A DNA stretch of 64,000 nucleotides, from contig SLNP01000023.1 of assembly GCA_007132995.1 (NCBI GenBank), positions 618 through 64,617 on the forward strand, read 5' to 3'. The stretch's first letter is position 1; each line of letters opens with the position of its first letter. The DNA is from Bacteroidales bacterium (GTDB taxonomy: Bacteria; Bacteroidota; Bacteroidia; Bacteroidales; VadinHA17). Made by a program: the position numbers and the translations under genes. This document shows, one piece after another, positions 47,085 to 56,225 of the stretch. The notes beneath the pieces were generated by a model. It ran no database searches, had not been told where the DNA came from, and saw only the letters and a list, made by a program, of their open reading frames with translations.

Positions 47085-47987
47085 ATGGATTTTCTGCATA
47101 GCTATACCGGTGAAATAGCAGCCCTGATGACAGCCGTTTTCTGGACGGTAACAGCCTTTGCCTTTGAGTCTGCAAGCATAAAGGTTGGCTCCATGTATGT
47201 CAATGTTATAAGGCTCTTTATTGGTCTTTCACTACTTACACTCTTTAACCTGTTAACAAGAGGATCGCTCTTCCCTTTTGTAATAGAGGGCAATAACTGG
47301 CTTTGGCTGGTTCTGTCAGGTTTTATCGGATTTATTTTTGGCGACTTCTTCCTTTTTCAGTCATACAGACTTATAGGCTCACGCTTTGCTATGCTGATAA
47401 TGACTCTGGTTCCACCGATAACAGCCCTTACCGGTTGGTTTATTCTCGGAGAGCGGCTTACATTGCTTAACTATACCGGTATGTCCCTCACATTCACAGG
47501 CATTGCTATTGCTATTTTTAACCGGCGCAACGGGGTTGACAAGCTGATGCTTAAACTCTCTCCAAAAGGTATTATGTTCGCCTTTTTCGGTGCCGCCGGA
47601 CAGGCAGTAGGTCTGGTTCTCAGCAAGCTGGGCATGGGCGAGTCAGACCCCTTCGCCGCTACACAGTTGCGGCTGGTGGCAGGATTTTCCGGTTCATTGA
47701 TTATAGTGCTGCTGCTGAGGCAGTGGAACGGCGTCAGGGCAGCAATGAGAAACAGAGATGGTATCAGGGCTATTTTTGTCGGCTCATTTTTCGGTCCCTT
47801 CCTTGGTGTCTCCTTCTCTCTGGTGGCTGTCAGGTACACCGCGACAGGCATTGCCTCGACATTGATGGCACTGGTTCCCATACTGATAATACCTCCTGCC
47901 ATAATACTCTACAGGCAGAGGGTTACGGCCATGGAGGTTGCCGGCGCAGTAATAAGTGTTGCGGGGGCAGCTCTCTTCTTTATATAG
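47085..47987 (+). CDS. DMT superfamily (EamA-like) transporter
   Basis: Two EamA-like 5-TM halves. 300 aa. Confidence 0.8.
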   Translation: MDFLHSYTGEIAALMTAVFWTVTAFAFESASIKVGSMYVNVIRLFIGLSLLTLFNLLTRGSLFPFVIEGNNWLWLVLSGFIGFIFGDFFLFQSYRLIGSRFAMLIMTLVPPITALTGWFILGERLTLLNYTGMSLTFTGIAIAIFNRRNGVDKLMLKLSPKGIMFAFFGAAGQAVGLVLSKLGMGESDPFAATQLRLVAGFSGSLIIVLLLRQWNGVRAAMRNRDGIRAIFVGSFFGPFLGVSFSLVAVRYTATGIASTLMALVPILIIPPAIILYRQRVTAMEVAGAVISVAGAALFFI

Positions 47988-48154
47988 GAATATTTAACCG
48001 GTTCACCTGCCAGTTTAATTGGCTTGCATGGCGAGCCATCTGTTAAAGCCAGACTCAGGGGGCCCGCCGGACAAGCCGTTAAAGGTTAAGAGCCCATTAA
48101 AGAGTGAGGGAACAATGAAACATATCTCCGGGTCATCCCATACAGGAGGTCTTT

Positions 48155-49645
48155 CTATCTGTCGTCCTCCTCTCCTCTCAGCCATTGGGGCAGTACCTCT
48201 TCCAGAAAGACCTTCTTCTCAGCCTCCTTCCTCTCCATATCGAGACCTATGTAGCTTTGAGCCTTCGCCTTGGTTGAGATATCGGGCAGGGGCACCTCTC
48301 CGATATATCCGTACGATGCCAGAACCCTGGCAAGTTTAATCCTTGCCTCCTGTGCTATACCTATACCAAGCGAAATAATTCTTCCTGTCTCTACAGGAGA
48401 GTGAAATGAATTACCATGTCCGGCTGCTGCGAAATCCCATCTCCACTGTGCGCTCCTGATATCATAGAGTATCTCCTCCATCTCCTCTTCGGTGGCACCA
48501 AGTTCCCACGCCTTTTGGGCCTCAATATGTGCACGCACCAGATTATCCTCAAGCACCTTTCTGCTTTCATGTATCTTGTCCTGGCGGGAATAGACATCCT
48601 TCAGAAGTCTTTCGGTATCCTCCCTGTGGCAAACCTGGCATGAGTTAGTGATGTTGTTAAGGGGGCTCTGCATATGGTGATCGGTAAACTTCAACCCCCC
48701 CTCGCTTATAAACGGCATGTGGCAATCTGCACAGGACACCCCTCTTGCGGCATGTGTTCCTGTCAGGTATATTTCGTAATCAGGGTGTTGCGCCTTCAGC
48801 AGGGGGGCACGGGAAAGGCCGTGGGTCCAGTCTGAAAACTCCATGCTGTCAAAGTAGTATTCAATATCTTCAACAGAGAGGCCATCTCTCCACGGTAATA
48901 CAAGATATTGAACACCCTCTTCAATCTGATCATTAAAATAGTATTCAACATGGCACTGGGCACACACCAGACTTCTCATCTCCTGATGGGTTGCCCTTGT
49001 AATATCTTTGCCCATCGATTCAAATGCCTCTACAAGGGCCGGCCTGGTTATTGTAAGGTTCATTGTTCTTGAGTCATGGCAGTCAACACACCCCATCGGG
49101 TTAACCACCCTGGAGCCTTTAGTGTCCCATGTGCCCCTGTAGAATTCCGCTATTCCTATCTCATTCATCAGTCCTGGCACATCTGAACTTTTGCATGTCC
49201 AGCAGGTGTTAGGCAGGGGGCTTGGTTTACCGGGTCCGGGGGAACCGGGCCTGAGCGAATTATAGAGATCTTCCATGGCGTAGTAGTGTCCTCTGCCCTG
49301 CCGGTAATCAATTGAAAAAGGGTATCCTGCCCACAGAATAACGAAAGCCGGATACTCCTCAAGCATATCTACCAGGACGCTGCCTCCATGTCTGCTTCTG
49401 AAGTCTGTCTGTGATGTTCTCAGATACGATTCGTACTGCCGGGGGAAATATTCGCCCCATACCGCGTTATCCGGTTCAAACTGGGGGAAAGTGAGTTGCG
49501 GAGTGTAGGCAAATATCGCTTCTGCCCTTCTCTCAACAACAGAAGAGGCAAGAAGCCCCAGCATGAACACGATAACCGCCGTGCCAATAAAGAGCACCCA
49601 GCCAAGCCAGGGTCTCTCTTTGATAATTTCGTGTATGGGTCTCAT
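48155..49645 (-). CDS. nrfA: Ammonia-forming pentaheme cytochrome c nitrite reductase NrfA
   Basis: Lys-ligated heme motif CWTCK plus four CxxCH motifs (CVDCH, CAQCH, CADCH, CQVCH). N-terminal membrane anchor. Confidence 0.93.
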   Translation of the reverse strand: MRPIHEIIKERPWLGWVLFIGTAVIVFMLGLLASSVVERRAEAIFAYTPQLTFPQFEPDNAVWGEYFPRQYESYLRTSQTDFRSRHGGSVLVDMLEEYPAFVILWAGYPFSIDYRQGRGHYYAMEDLYNSLRPGSPGPGKPSPLPNTCWTCKSSDVPGLMNEIGIAEFYRGTWDTKGSRVVNPMGCVDCHDSRTMNLTITRPALVEAFESMGKDITRATHQEMRSLVCAQCHVEYYFNDQIEEGVQYLVLPWRDGLSVEDIEYYFDSMEFSDWTHGLSRAPLLKAQHPDYEIYLTGTHAARGVSCADCHMPFISEGGLKFTDHHMQSPLNNITNSCQVCHREDTERLLKDVYSRQDKIHESRKVLEDNLVRAHIEAQKAWELGATEEEMEEILYDIRSAQWRWDFAAAGHGNSFHSPVETGRIISLGIGIAQEARIKLARVLASYGYIGEVPLPDISTKAKAQSYIGLDMERKEAEKKVFLEEVLPQWLRGEEDDR

Positions 49646-49722
49646 AAAACAGTTTTTTAAACAAGAAAAGGGGCTCTATATCAGTTCTATACATTACATT
49701 AATAATCAGGCACATGGCGAAG

Positions 49723-50319
49723 TTACCTCTGCTCACCACCTTGCCCACCCATCAGCTCCCTCAGCCAGTCGGGAGTTACGGGGCCCGGCACCGGAACCCT
49801 CGCCCAGGGAACGCTTGAGAGACTGTTAACGCTTCCGTGGGGAGTCTCCCTGTGGCACTCCCAGCATTTGCGATCCATTCTGAATGCGTGTGTTTCGGTG
49901 TTATATCCTTTCAGCCTGCTGTCTGTCATAATTTCACTGTGACACCTTATGCAGTTCTGGTGTACCACCCTGCTGCCGGCATCTTTAATGAATATCACCT
50001 GAGGCTCAAGTCTCAGGGTAAACATTACAGAGTGTCGCAGCCCGTCCATTGCTTTGAAATAATATTTCCTGATAAAATTGTCCTGCGGAATGTGGCAATC
50101 ATTGCAGGTTGCAACCTCTCTGTGTGAGCTATGGTACCAGGTGGCATACTGTGGTGCCATAATGTGGCAGTTAACACATGTTTCGGGTCTGTCACCAAGA
50201 TATGAGGTAGCTTTTGAAACATGAAAAAGGTAGAGTGCCAAACCTGTAAACACGGCCAACAGAGCCATTACCGGAAATTTCCACCTGTCGGGTGGTATCA
50301 ACAACTTAATCAGTCGCAT
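49723..50319 (-). CDS. nrfH: Tetraheme NapC/NirT-family quinol dehydrogenase NrfH
   Basis: N-terminal TM helix plus four CxxCH motifs (CVNCH, CNDCH, CIRCH, CWECH). Directly upstream of nrfA. Confidence 0.9.
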   Translation of the reverse strand: MRLIKLLIPPDRWKFPVMALLAVFTGLALYLFHVSKATSYLGDRPETCVNCHIMAPQYATWYHSSHREVATCNDCHIPQDNFIRKYYFKAMDGLRHSVMFTLRLEPQVIFIKDAGSRVVHQNCIRCHSEIMTDSRLKGYNTETHAFRMDRKCWECHRETPHGSVNSLSSVPWARVPVPGPVTPDWLRELMGGQGGEQR

Positions 50320-50356
50320 TCGGTATAGAGATTAATCATATGCAATATATGACCAT

Positions 50357-50372
50357 TTGACGGAAACATCAA
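50357..50372. promoter_or_regulatory. Imperfect palindrome TTGAC-N6-ATCAA upstream of nrfH (candidate CRP/FNR-family site)
   Basis: ttgacggaaacatcaa, 38-53 nt upstream of the nrfH ATG. Half-sites TTGAC/TTGAT. The spacing is N6, not the canonical FNR N4. Confidence 0.25.
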
Positions 50373-50514
50373 CCCTGTTGTGATTATTATTATCTCGCGG
50401 GTTAGATAGTGTTTAGCCAATAAAATCTACCGCCATTAGATGTCAAAATAGTGATTTTGTTTGTACAAATTGTCTATATGTGCTACTTTTACTATCTCAA
50501 GAGTTGTGTAGCCC

Positions 50515-50889
50515 ATGGAAGAGAGAACTATCCTTATTGCCGAAGATGACAACTTCAACTACCTCCTTATTAAATACATACTCGAGAAGAGAGGTTTTAA
50601 AACCGTTCATGCTGAGAACGGAATGGAGGCTCTGGAGATATACAGATCGCCGGAGAGACCCGATCTGATTGTGATGGATATTAAGATGCCTGTTATGTCA
50701 GGACTGGAAGCCACCACAGAGGTAAGGAAGAGTGATAGCGATATACCAATTATTGCCCTTACTGCTTATGCCCTTCCCGGCGACAGGGAGATGTGCCTCG
50801 ATGCAGGATGCTCCGACTATATCGCCAAGCCTATCGACAAAGATGACTTTTTAAACAGGGTTGAACGGCTCCTCTCTGACAGGTCATGA
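50515..50889 (+). CDS. Stand-alone response-regulator receiver domain (CheY-like)
   Basis: ILIAEDDNFN acidic pocket, phospho-acceptor in LIVMDIKMP, ALTA, AKP. 124 aa, no output domain. Confidence 0.9.
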   Translation: MEERTILIAEDDNFNYLLIKYILEKRGFKTVHAENGMEALEIYRSPERPDLIVMDIKMPVMSGLEATTEVRKSDSDIPIIALTAYALPGDREMCLDAGCSDYIAKPIDKDDFLNRVERLLSDRS

Positions 50890-51554
50890 GCGATGTTACG
50901 ATAGAGAGTAGCTGGAGAGAGCCACTTGCAGACCTTTTTCGCGATCCCTTTTTCGCCGATCTCACACAGTTTATTCGTTCCGAATACTCACACCACAGGA
51001 TATATCCGCCCGGTAGTCTCATATTCAATGCCTTCAACCTTTGCCCCTTCCCCTCTGTCAGGGTTGTCATAATCGGACAGGACCCCTACCATAACCCCGG
51101 TCAGGCTCACGGGCTCTCCTTTTCTGTTCCGGAGGGTGTTCCATTTCCGCCAAGCCTCAGGAACATATTTCGCGAGATAGAGAGTGATACCGGGAATACA
51201 CCATATCGATCAGGCGATCTTAGCCGGTGGGCTCAACAGGGAGTTTTACTCCTTAATGCCATATTGACTGTGAGGGAGAACAGTCCCGGGTCTCACCAGA
51301 ACCGGGGTTGGGAGAGGTTTACCGATTCAGTCATAGAGGTGATATCTGAGAGACACAACAATGTTGTATTTATGTTATGGGGGCGCTATGCCATAGATAA
51401 GGGCAAGAGTATTGACAGTTCCAGGCATCTGATTCTCACGGCACCACACCCATCTCCCCTCTCGGCATCAAGAGGCTTTTTTGGTAGCCGCCACTTCTCA
51501 TCATGCAACAGTTACCTGACATCCAAAGGGCGTAAACCTGTTGACTGGCGGTAA
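50886..51554 (+). CDS. ung: Uracil-DNA glycosylase (family 1)
   Basis: Water-activating loop GQDPYH, Leu-intercalation loop HPSPLSA, LLLNA. ATGA overlap with the receiver gene. Confidence 0.93.
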   Translation: MSDVTIESSWREPLADLFRDPFFADLTQFIRSEYSHHRIYPPGSLIFNAFNLCPFPSVRVVIIGQDPYHNPGQAHGLSFSVPEGVPFPPSLRNIFREIESDTGNTPYRSGDLSRWAQQGVLLLNAILTVRENSPGSHQNRGWERFTDSVIEVISERHNNVVFMLWGRYAIDKGKSIDSSRHLILTAPHPSPLSASRGFFGSRHFSSCNSYLTSKGRKPVDWR

Positions 51555-51572
51555 AGTAGCGTTGACATGACA

Positions 51573-52748
51573 CTAGTGTAGGGCAGTCAGCCCCCTCTCA
51601 ACGCACCCCTTGAGATGGTTCCACGATTCGAATCCCACTGACACCCTGATCATTCCGTGATCCGGATATTTATGTCCCCACACCGGCTCAACAGGCATCA
51701 TTATGGTATGGGGATCACCCAGTGTTGGTACAAGCTTTATGGTATCACTTACAGCTTCAAGAAAGATATCTCTCCTCTTTTTTTTATCATTTTCATCTTT
51801 CCCTGTAAGAGAGAAAGTTACCATTGCGCCGAATCCCCTCCCCTCAAAAGTTTTGGTGGCGGTTTGGTGTGTTACATGCCCTCTCAGTCCCGGATACCAT
51901 ACTGCCTCAGTGTGGGGCGACTTATCGAGAAGAGCCGCCAGCCCTGAGGCATTACTGCACTGGACCGGAAAGCGAAGGGGGAATGTCTGTAACTGTGTGT
52001 GAAACCTGTAGGCGTCATCTGCCGATATCATATGGCCAGTGTGTTTCCGGTATTCGATAGCCTCAGCCATTAACTCCCTGTTGTTTCCGCAAATAACCCC
52101 TGCTGTCAGATTACCATGCCCTGAGAGATATTTCGTCGCGCTGTGTACAACAATATCGGCTCCCATTTCAAGAGGCTTACAGAGATATGGAGTGGCAAAG
52201 GTGTTATCAACTATTACAGGAATATCTCTCTCTTTACAGAGCTCTATCAACTGTTGGGCATCTGCTACAATAAGTAGCGGATTGCTTATGGTTTCAAAAA
52301 AGAAGAGGTCGGGCTTAACCCTATCCAGCTCAGCTTTCAGTATCTCAGCGCTGATCCTCCCATCAACAGGCTCTATCATCGGAGTATCGATACCTCTTCG
52401 TGCCCTGAGCACTGACTCTATGTAATATATGGTACCTCCGTATATCTCACTTGAGAATAGCCATCTGTTGCTCTTGCCGCCTCTCTGGAAAATCGAGAGG
52501 GCTACATCTATGGCAGCCATTCCTGATTGTGTCAGAAGAGCCCACTCTGAGCCTTCTGTTTTCATAACCTCCTCTTCGGCAGCTACCACCGTTGGGTTCC
52601 TGTAACGGCTATATATATAATGATGTGGCGTTCTGCTGTTCTCATTCTCCATTCTGAATGCGTCGGACATCTCCGAGGGGCTGTCAAGAATAAAACCGGT
52701 GTCTCTGTATACCGGTATCCTGCTACTCTTTGGACCTGATTTTTTCAC
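51573..52748 (-). CDS. PLP-dependent Cys/Met-metabolism enzyme (cystathionine gamma-synthase / methionine gamma-lyase / O-acylhomoserine sulfhydrylase family)
   Basis: PLP-Lys motif HSATKYLSGHG, YSRYRNPT. GTG start at 52748 (no earlier in-frame ATG). Exact activity cannot be assigned from sequence alone. Confidence 0.8.
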   Translation of the reverse strand: MKKSGPKSSRIPVYRDTGFILDSPSEMSDAFRMENENSRTPHHYIYSRYRNPTVVAAEEEVMKTEGSEWALLTQSGMAAIDVALSIFQRGGKSNRWLFSSEIYGGTIYYIESVLRARRGIDTPMIEPVDGRISAEILKAELDRVKPDLFFFETISNPLLIVADAQQLIELCKERDIPVIVDNTFATPYLCKPLEMGADIVVHSATKYLSGHGNLTAGVICGNNRELMAEAIEYRKHTGHMISADDAYRFHTQLQTFPLRFPVQCSNASGLAALLDKSPHTEAVWYPGLRGHVTHQTATKTFEGRGFGAMVTFSLTGKDENDKKKRRDIFLEAVSDTIKLVPTLGDPHTIMMPVEPVWGHKYPDHGMIRVSVGFESWNHLKGCVERGLTALH

Positions 52749-52851
52749 CTTGATTATCTCTTTATAAGTTGGTTATGTAGTCTCTAAGCTCTTTACGGCC
52801 TGTTAAATGATCTCTGCCATCACGATACCTAACCGGTGCTTAGTGGCCATA

Positions 52852-52886
52852 GCAGAAAAATAAAAGAGACCCCCTGAAGGGGTCCC
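52852..52886 (-). terminator. Rho-independent terminator after the lipoprotein gene
   Basis: The minus strand reads GGGACCCC-ttcag-GGGGTCTC (8 bp, one G-U) followed by TTTTATTTTTCT. Confidence 0.6.
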
Positions 52887-52995
52887 TTTCAACAACCTAA
52901 CCTAACCAATCGAATCATAACCACTCTGTGAGTGAAATTAATCACAATTGTACAGGTATAACAGACGGCTGCCAAAAAGGTTCACTGCAGGGACA

Positions 52996-53406
52996 CTATT
53001 CGTCTATGAGGGGCTCTTCGGGTATAACCCGCGCAATAGCCAGCTTCCTGTGGTCAAACACCTCAATAAAGACCTCATAGGTAAATCTCCCCTTGCCCAG
53101 AACAACTTCGTAGTTATAGTTTACCGGACCAGTGGAAAAGGTCTCCCCGTCAATAACGGCACTTATTTCAGCTACTCTGTAAGCCTTTTCAAAACGCCTG
53201 TATTCAGAAAGTTCTGCCGATTCGAGATTGCCGTACTCTTCAACTCCTCCTGAAGTATCTACGGTCAACTCTTCAAATGTCATATCACTCAGGTTTTTAA
53301 CCCTTACATCTGCAGGCCCTTCCGGCGAGTCCTCCTCCTTCTTGCAGCCTGCAAGGGCGAGAGCGATAACTATTACTGTGAGGATTGTAGTTCTCATAAT
53401 GAGCAT
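52996..53406 (-). CDS. Hypothetical lipoprotein
   Basis: Lipobox LALAGC after a hydrophobic signal (MLIMRTTILTVIVIALALAGCKKEE). Start at ATG 53406 or 53397 rather than 53460. Confidence 0.55.
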   Translation of the reverse strand: MLIMRTTILTVIVIALALAGCKKEEDSPEGPADVRVKNLSDMTFEELTVDTSGGVEEYGNLESAELSEYRRFEKAYRVAEISAVIDGETFSTGPVNYNYEVVLGKGRFTYEVFIEVFDHRKLAIARVIPEEPLIDE

Positions 53407-53589
53407 TTTTGCCAACAACACCCAAATATAGCTATTATTTCTCTCCGGCTCACCTGTCATGCAATTTTTACCCTCTGAGCATATTTCAGAACCCCATTGA
53501 TACGGCTACCTTGACGCTATTGCAGGGCGGTACAGATGGAAGTGATATCAGTTTAGCCATATCTGTTGCTGACTTTCAGAGATGGCCTC

Positions 53590-54369
53590 CTACAGTGACT
53601 CCATACTGTCCCGGGGCACCCAGCCCCTGTTGCCGTCCGGGAGTATAATTTCGGTCCATTCTCCCAGAGTCTCTTCCCTCTTCACCTTGATACCCTCGTG
53701 CAGAATGAACAGCTCACGCCCCGTCTCCGATGGGCTGCTCCTTCCGGTAACCAGAGTCTCTGTAACAACAGCATATCGGCTGTTGTATACCAGATTCCTG
53801 TTGTGCCGTGACAGAAGCAGAGTTATTGACGAAGCAGCTATCATAAACAGTGCGGCCGGGAAAAGGACCATTCTCCAACCCCTCTTCTTCAGAAAGAGGG
53901 CCACCATTGCTGATGTGAGAGCCAGTAGAAAAAGGGCGAGTGATATCAGGGCCCAGTTGTCAGAGCTTAAAATCAGTGCTGAGGTATCGGTCCATCTCCG
54001 GAAAAAGGGGGGAGGAACCTCTGTGAAGCGTACCCTGATATGGCTGCCTGCAATTTCGAGATTCTCTCTGGCCTCATCACTGAATGGCCTGCGCAGCAGA
54101 GCCCTCTCGTAGAATAGTATCGCCATAGCGATATTATCCATCTGAAACCACGCGTTGCCGATATTGTACAGTAGATCATGATTGTCATATCCGGCATCAT
54201 ATAGCTCCATCCAGTTTACCAGAGCCTCTCTGTAGTCCTCATTACGGTAGTTCTCAACACCTGTGGCAAACAGCTCAGCAGGGCCTCCCCTCTCATGGAC
54301 AGATGAAGAAACGGCTGCATCAGACAGTATCAGTGTAATGACAGTTGTTATGATAGCTCTGTATTTCAT
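53590..54369 (-). CDS. batE: BatE-like protein (TPR, TM, C-terminal SH3-like domain)
   Basis: Signal peptide, TPR units (YREALVNWMELYDAG, LLYNIGNAWFQ), two TM helices, SH3b-like tail GEWTEIILPDGNRGWVPRD. Last gene of the Bat operon. Confidence 0.7.
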   Translation of the reverse strand: MKYRAIITTVITLILSDAAVSSSVHERGGPAELFATGVENYRNEDYREALVNWMELYDAGYDNHDLLYNIGNAWFQMDNIAMAILFYERALLRRPFSDEARENLEIAGSHIRVRFTEVPPPFFRRWTDTSALILSSDNWALISLALFLLALTSAMVALFLKKRGWRMVLFPAALFMIAASSITLLLSRHNRNLVYNSRYAVVTETLVTGRSSPSETGRELFILHEGIKVKREETLGEWTEIILPDGNRGWVPRDSMESL

Positions 54370-54376
54370 TGCTTAA

Positions 54377-56218
54377 TCAGTTTAATCTTTTCTCCAGATC
54401 CCGTATTATTTCGGCCGTTTCTGAGTAGAGGCTCTTTGCCTCTGCTACCGGTTCAACCGATGCATATCTGGCCATTTCACATCTATCAACCACTCGTCTG
54501 AGACGATCTGTTAAATCAACCTCCACATTGGCCGATACCAGTACGCTATTAATCTTTTCGCCTGTCAGTTCTGACACCGGAATATTAAACTTATCGCCTA
54601 TATAGCCCCAAAGAGCCTTTAATATCTCCTCATAAAACCTGTCTGTTTCGTCATTCTGAAGTGCATTAAAGGCGCTTTTCAATCTCGATCTTGCAACTCC
54701 ACCGGCCTTTCTGTTAATAAGCCGTACCCTGTCGGAGTCCCGTTTAATCTTCTCTCTTCTTACAACTACCACTATAATAAAGGCAAGCGCAGCCACTCCG
54801 TAGAGAGAGTAGAAGCCCCTTTTTGAGACGAGCAGATCCCTTTGCACTGAGAGAGAGCCGGTTGAGGTTCTGATATATCTTATGTCCCTGCCCAGGTAGC
54901 GCATATCCTCTGCCCTGGTGAAGTCAGAATGGGAGGGTCTCTCTTCATCGCCTGTACCCCGCCTCACATGTATGTTGATGGGCGCTTGCGTTACAGTCCT
55001 GTAGGTTCCCGATTCGGGTTCAAAAAAATGGTAGTTGATAGCGGGTATCTGAAAGTCTCCGCTCTGTCGCGGAATCAACAGATATTCAAAGCTCTTCACA
55101 CCCCTGGTTAATCCGGTGGCGGCTTCTGCCCTGTCTATGTTAACCTGCGGATCGTAAGCCTCAATAGTTTCAGGAAATGCGATATCCGGAGCCTCTGCCA
55201 TACGGAGGTTTCCCCTGCCCGATAATCTTACGCGCAGGGTAACAGCCTCATTAACCGAGAGGGTGTCCCGGTCTGCTCTTGCCTCTATCGTAAAATCACC
55301 AACACTGCCCCGGAACCGGTCAGGGCTGCCCCCGGGCAGCGGAAGCACCGTTATTGTCACCCCCTCCCCCTTAACAGCTCTGGGTACCGATGAGAAAGAT
55401 CTGAATATATCGCCGAAAAAGGGGTCGGAAACAGGAGCCCTCTCCCTTACCTGGACGGTAAGGCGTACAGGTTCAATCTCTATTTCACCGCTCATCTGCG
55501 GGTAGAGCATAAATCTCTGCAGGGTGCCCCTGCCGTATATTGTACCATCGATATTGACTCTCTCAAGCGATCTTAAAGCCGGAGTCTCTAAATCCTCTCT
55601 CATGAATCCGGTAAATGAGGGGTATTGTATTTCTGATATTCCGGATATATCTATGCGTGAGTATATATTAACCTCTACAACAAAAGGTTCACCTACCCAT
55701 ACCCGGCTTTTTTGGGGTTCCACCCTGATAAATATATCACCATCGCGGGCTCCGGTGGCATCCCTTCTCCCCTCTTCGCCCCTAATATCAGTTCTGCCCT
55801 CCTGATCGGGTACAACCTCAATAGAGAGCTCTTCAGACCTGTAAACCTTATCATTTCTCTCAAAAGTTGCAGCAGCAATGGTATACTTACCCTCTTCCAT
55901 CGCCTGCAGCCTGTAGGTATAGCTATATGAGATTTCACTGCTTCTTCTTCCGTCAACAATTCGGGTACTTTGACTATATGAGATATGGGGCCCGCTTATA
56001 CGATAGAAATTGTCAAAAGAGGGGGCCGAGAAGTCGCCACCACTCCGGTTAACTGTGTAGACAACCTGAAAGGTCTCTCCCACTGCAACAACTCGCGGAT
56101 AGTTGACCGTGAAAGAGATCTCCTGTCCGGACGCCAATGCATATGGTATAAATGCTGCAAAGAGCAGAACTCCTCTCAGCAGCCTTCTTATTGCTATATA
56201 TGTGCTATAGTGCTGCAT
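54377..56218 (-). CDS. batD: BatD-like oxygen-tolerance protein
   Basis: Signal peptide, repeated beta-rich modules, single TM near residue 480, C-terminal helical domain. Operon position after BatC. Confidence 0.7.
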   Translation of the reverse strand: MQHYSTYIAIRRLLRGVLLFAAFIPYALASGQEISFTVNYPRVVAVGETFQVVYTVNRSGGDFSAPSFDNFYRISGPHISYSQSTRIVDGRRSSEISYSYTYRLQAMEEGKYTIAAATFERNDKVYRSEELSIEVVPDQEGRTDIRGEEGRRDATGARDGDIFIRVEPQKSRVWVGEPFVVEVNIYSRIDISGISEIQYPSFTGFMREDLETPALRSLERVNIDGTIYGRGTLQRFMLYPQMSGEIEIEPVRLTVQVRERAPVSDPFFGDIFRSFSSVPRAVKGEGVTITVLPLPGGSPDRFRGSVGDFTIEARADRDTLSVNEAVTLRVRLSGRGNLRMAEAPDIAFPETIEAYDPQVNIDRAEAATGLTRGVKSFEYLLIPRQSGDFQIPAINYHFFEPESGTYRTVTQAPINIHVRRGTGDEERPSHSDFTRAEDMRYLGRDIRYIRTSTGSLSVQRDLLVSKRGFYSLYGVAALAFIIVVVVRREKIKRDSDRVRLINRKAGGVARSRLKSAFNALQNDETDRFYEEILKALWGYIGDKFNIPVSELTGEKINSVLVSANVEVDLTDRLRRVVDRCEMARYASVEPVAEAKSLYSETAEIIRDLEKRLN

Positions 56219-56225
56219 CTTTATG

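Noticed and set aside
52749-52865. SAM-I (S-box) riboswitch upstream of the Cys/Met PLP enzyme
   Set aside because: The conserved S-box core (GAGGGA ... GCCC ... GCAACC ... kink-turn) is not present. Kept only as an unclassified structured leader in the findings.
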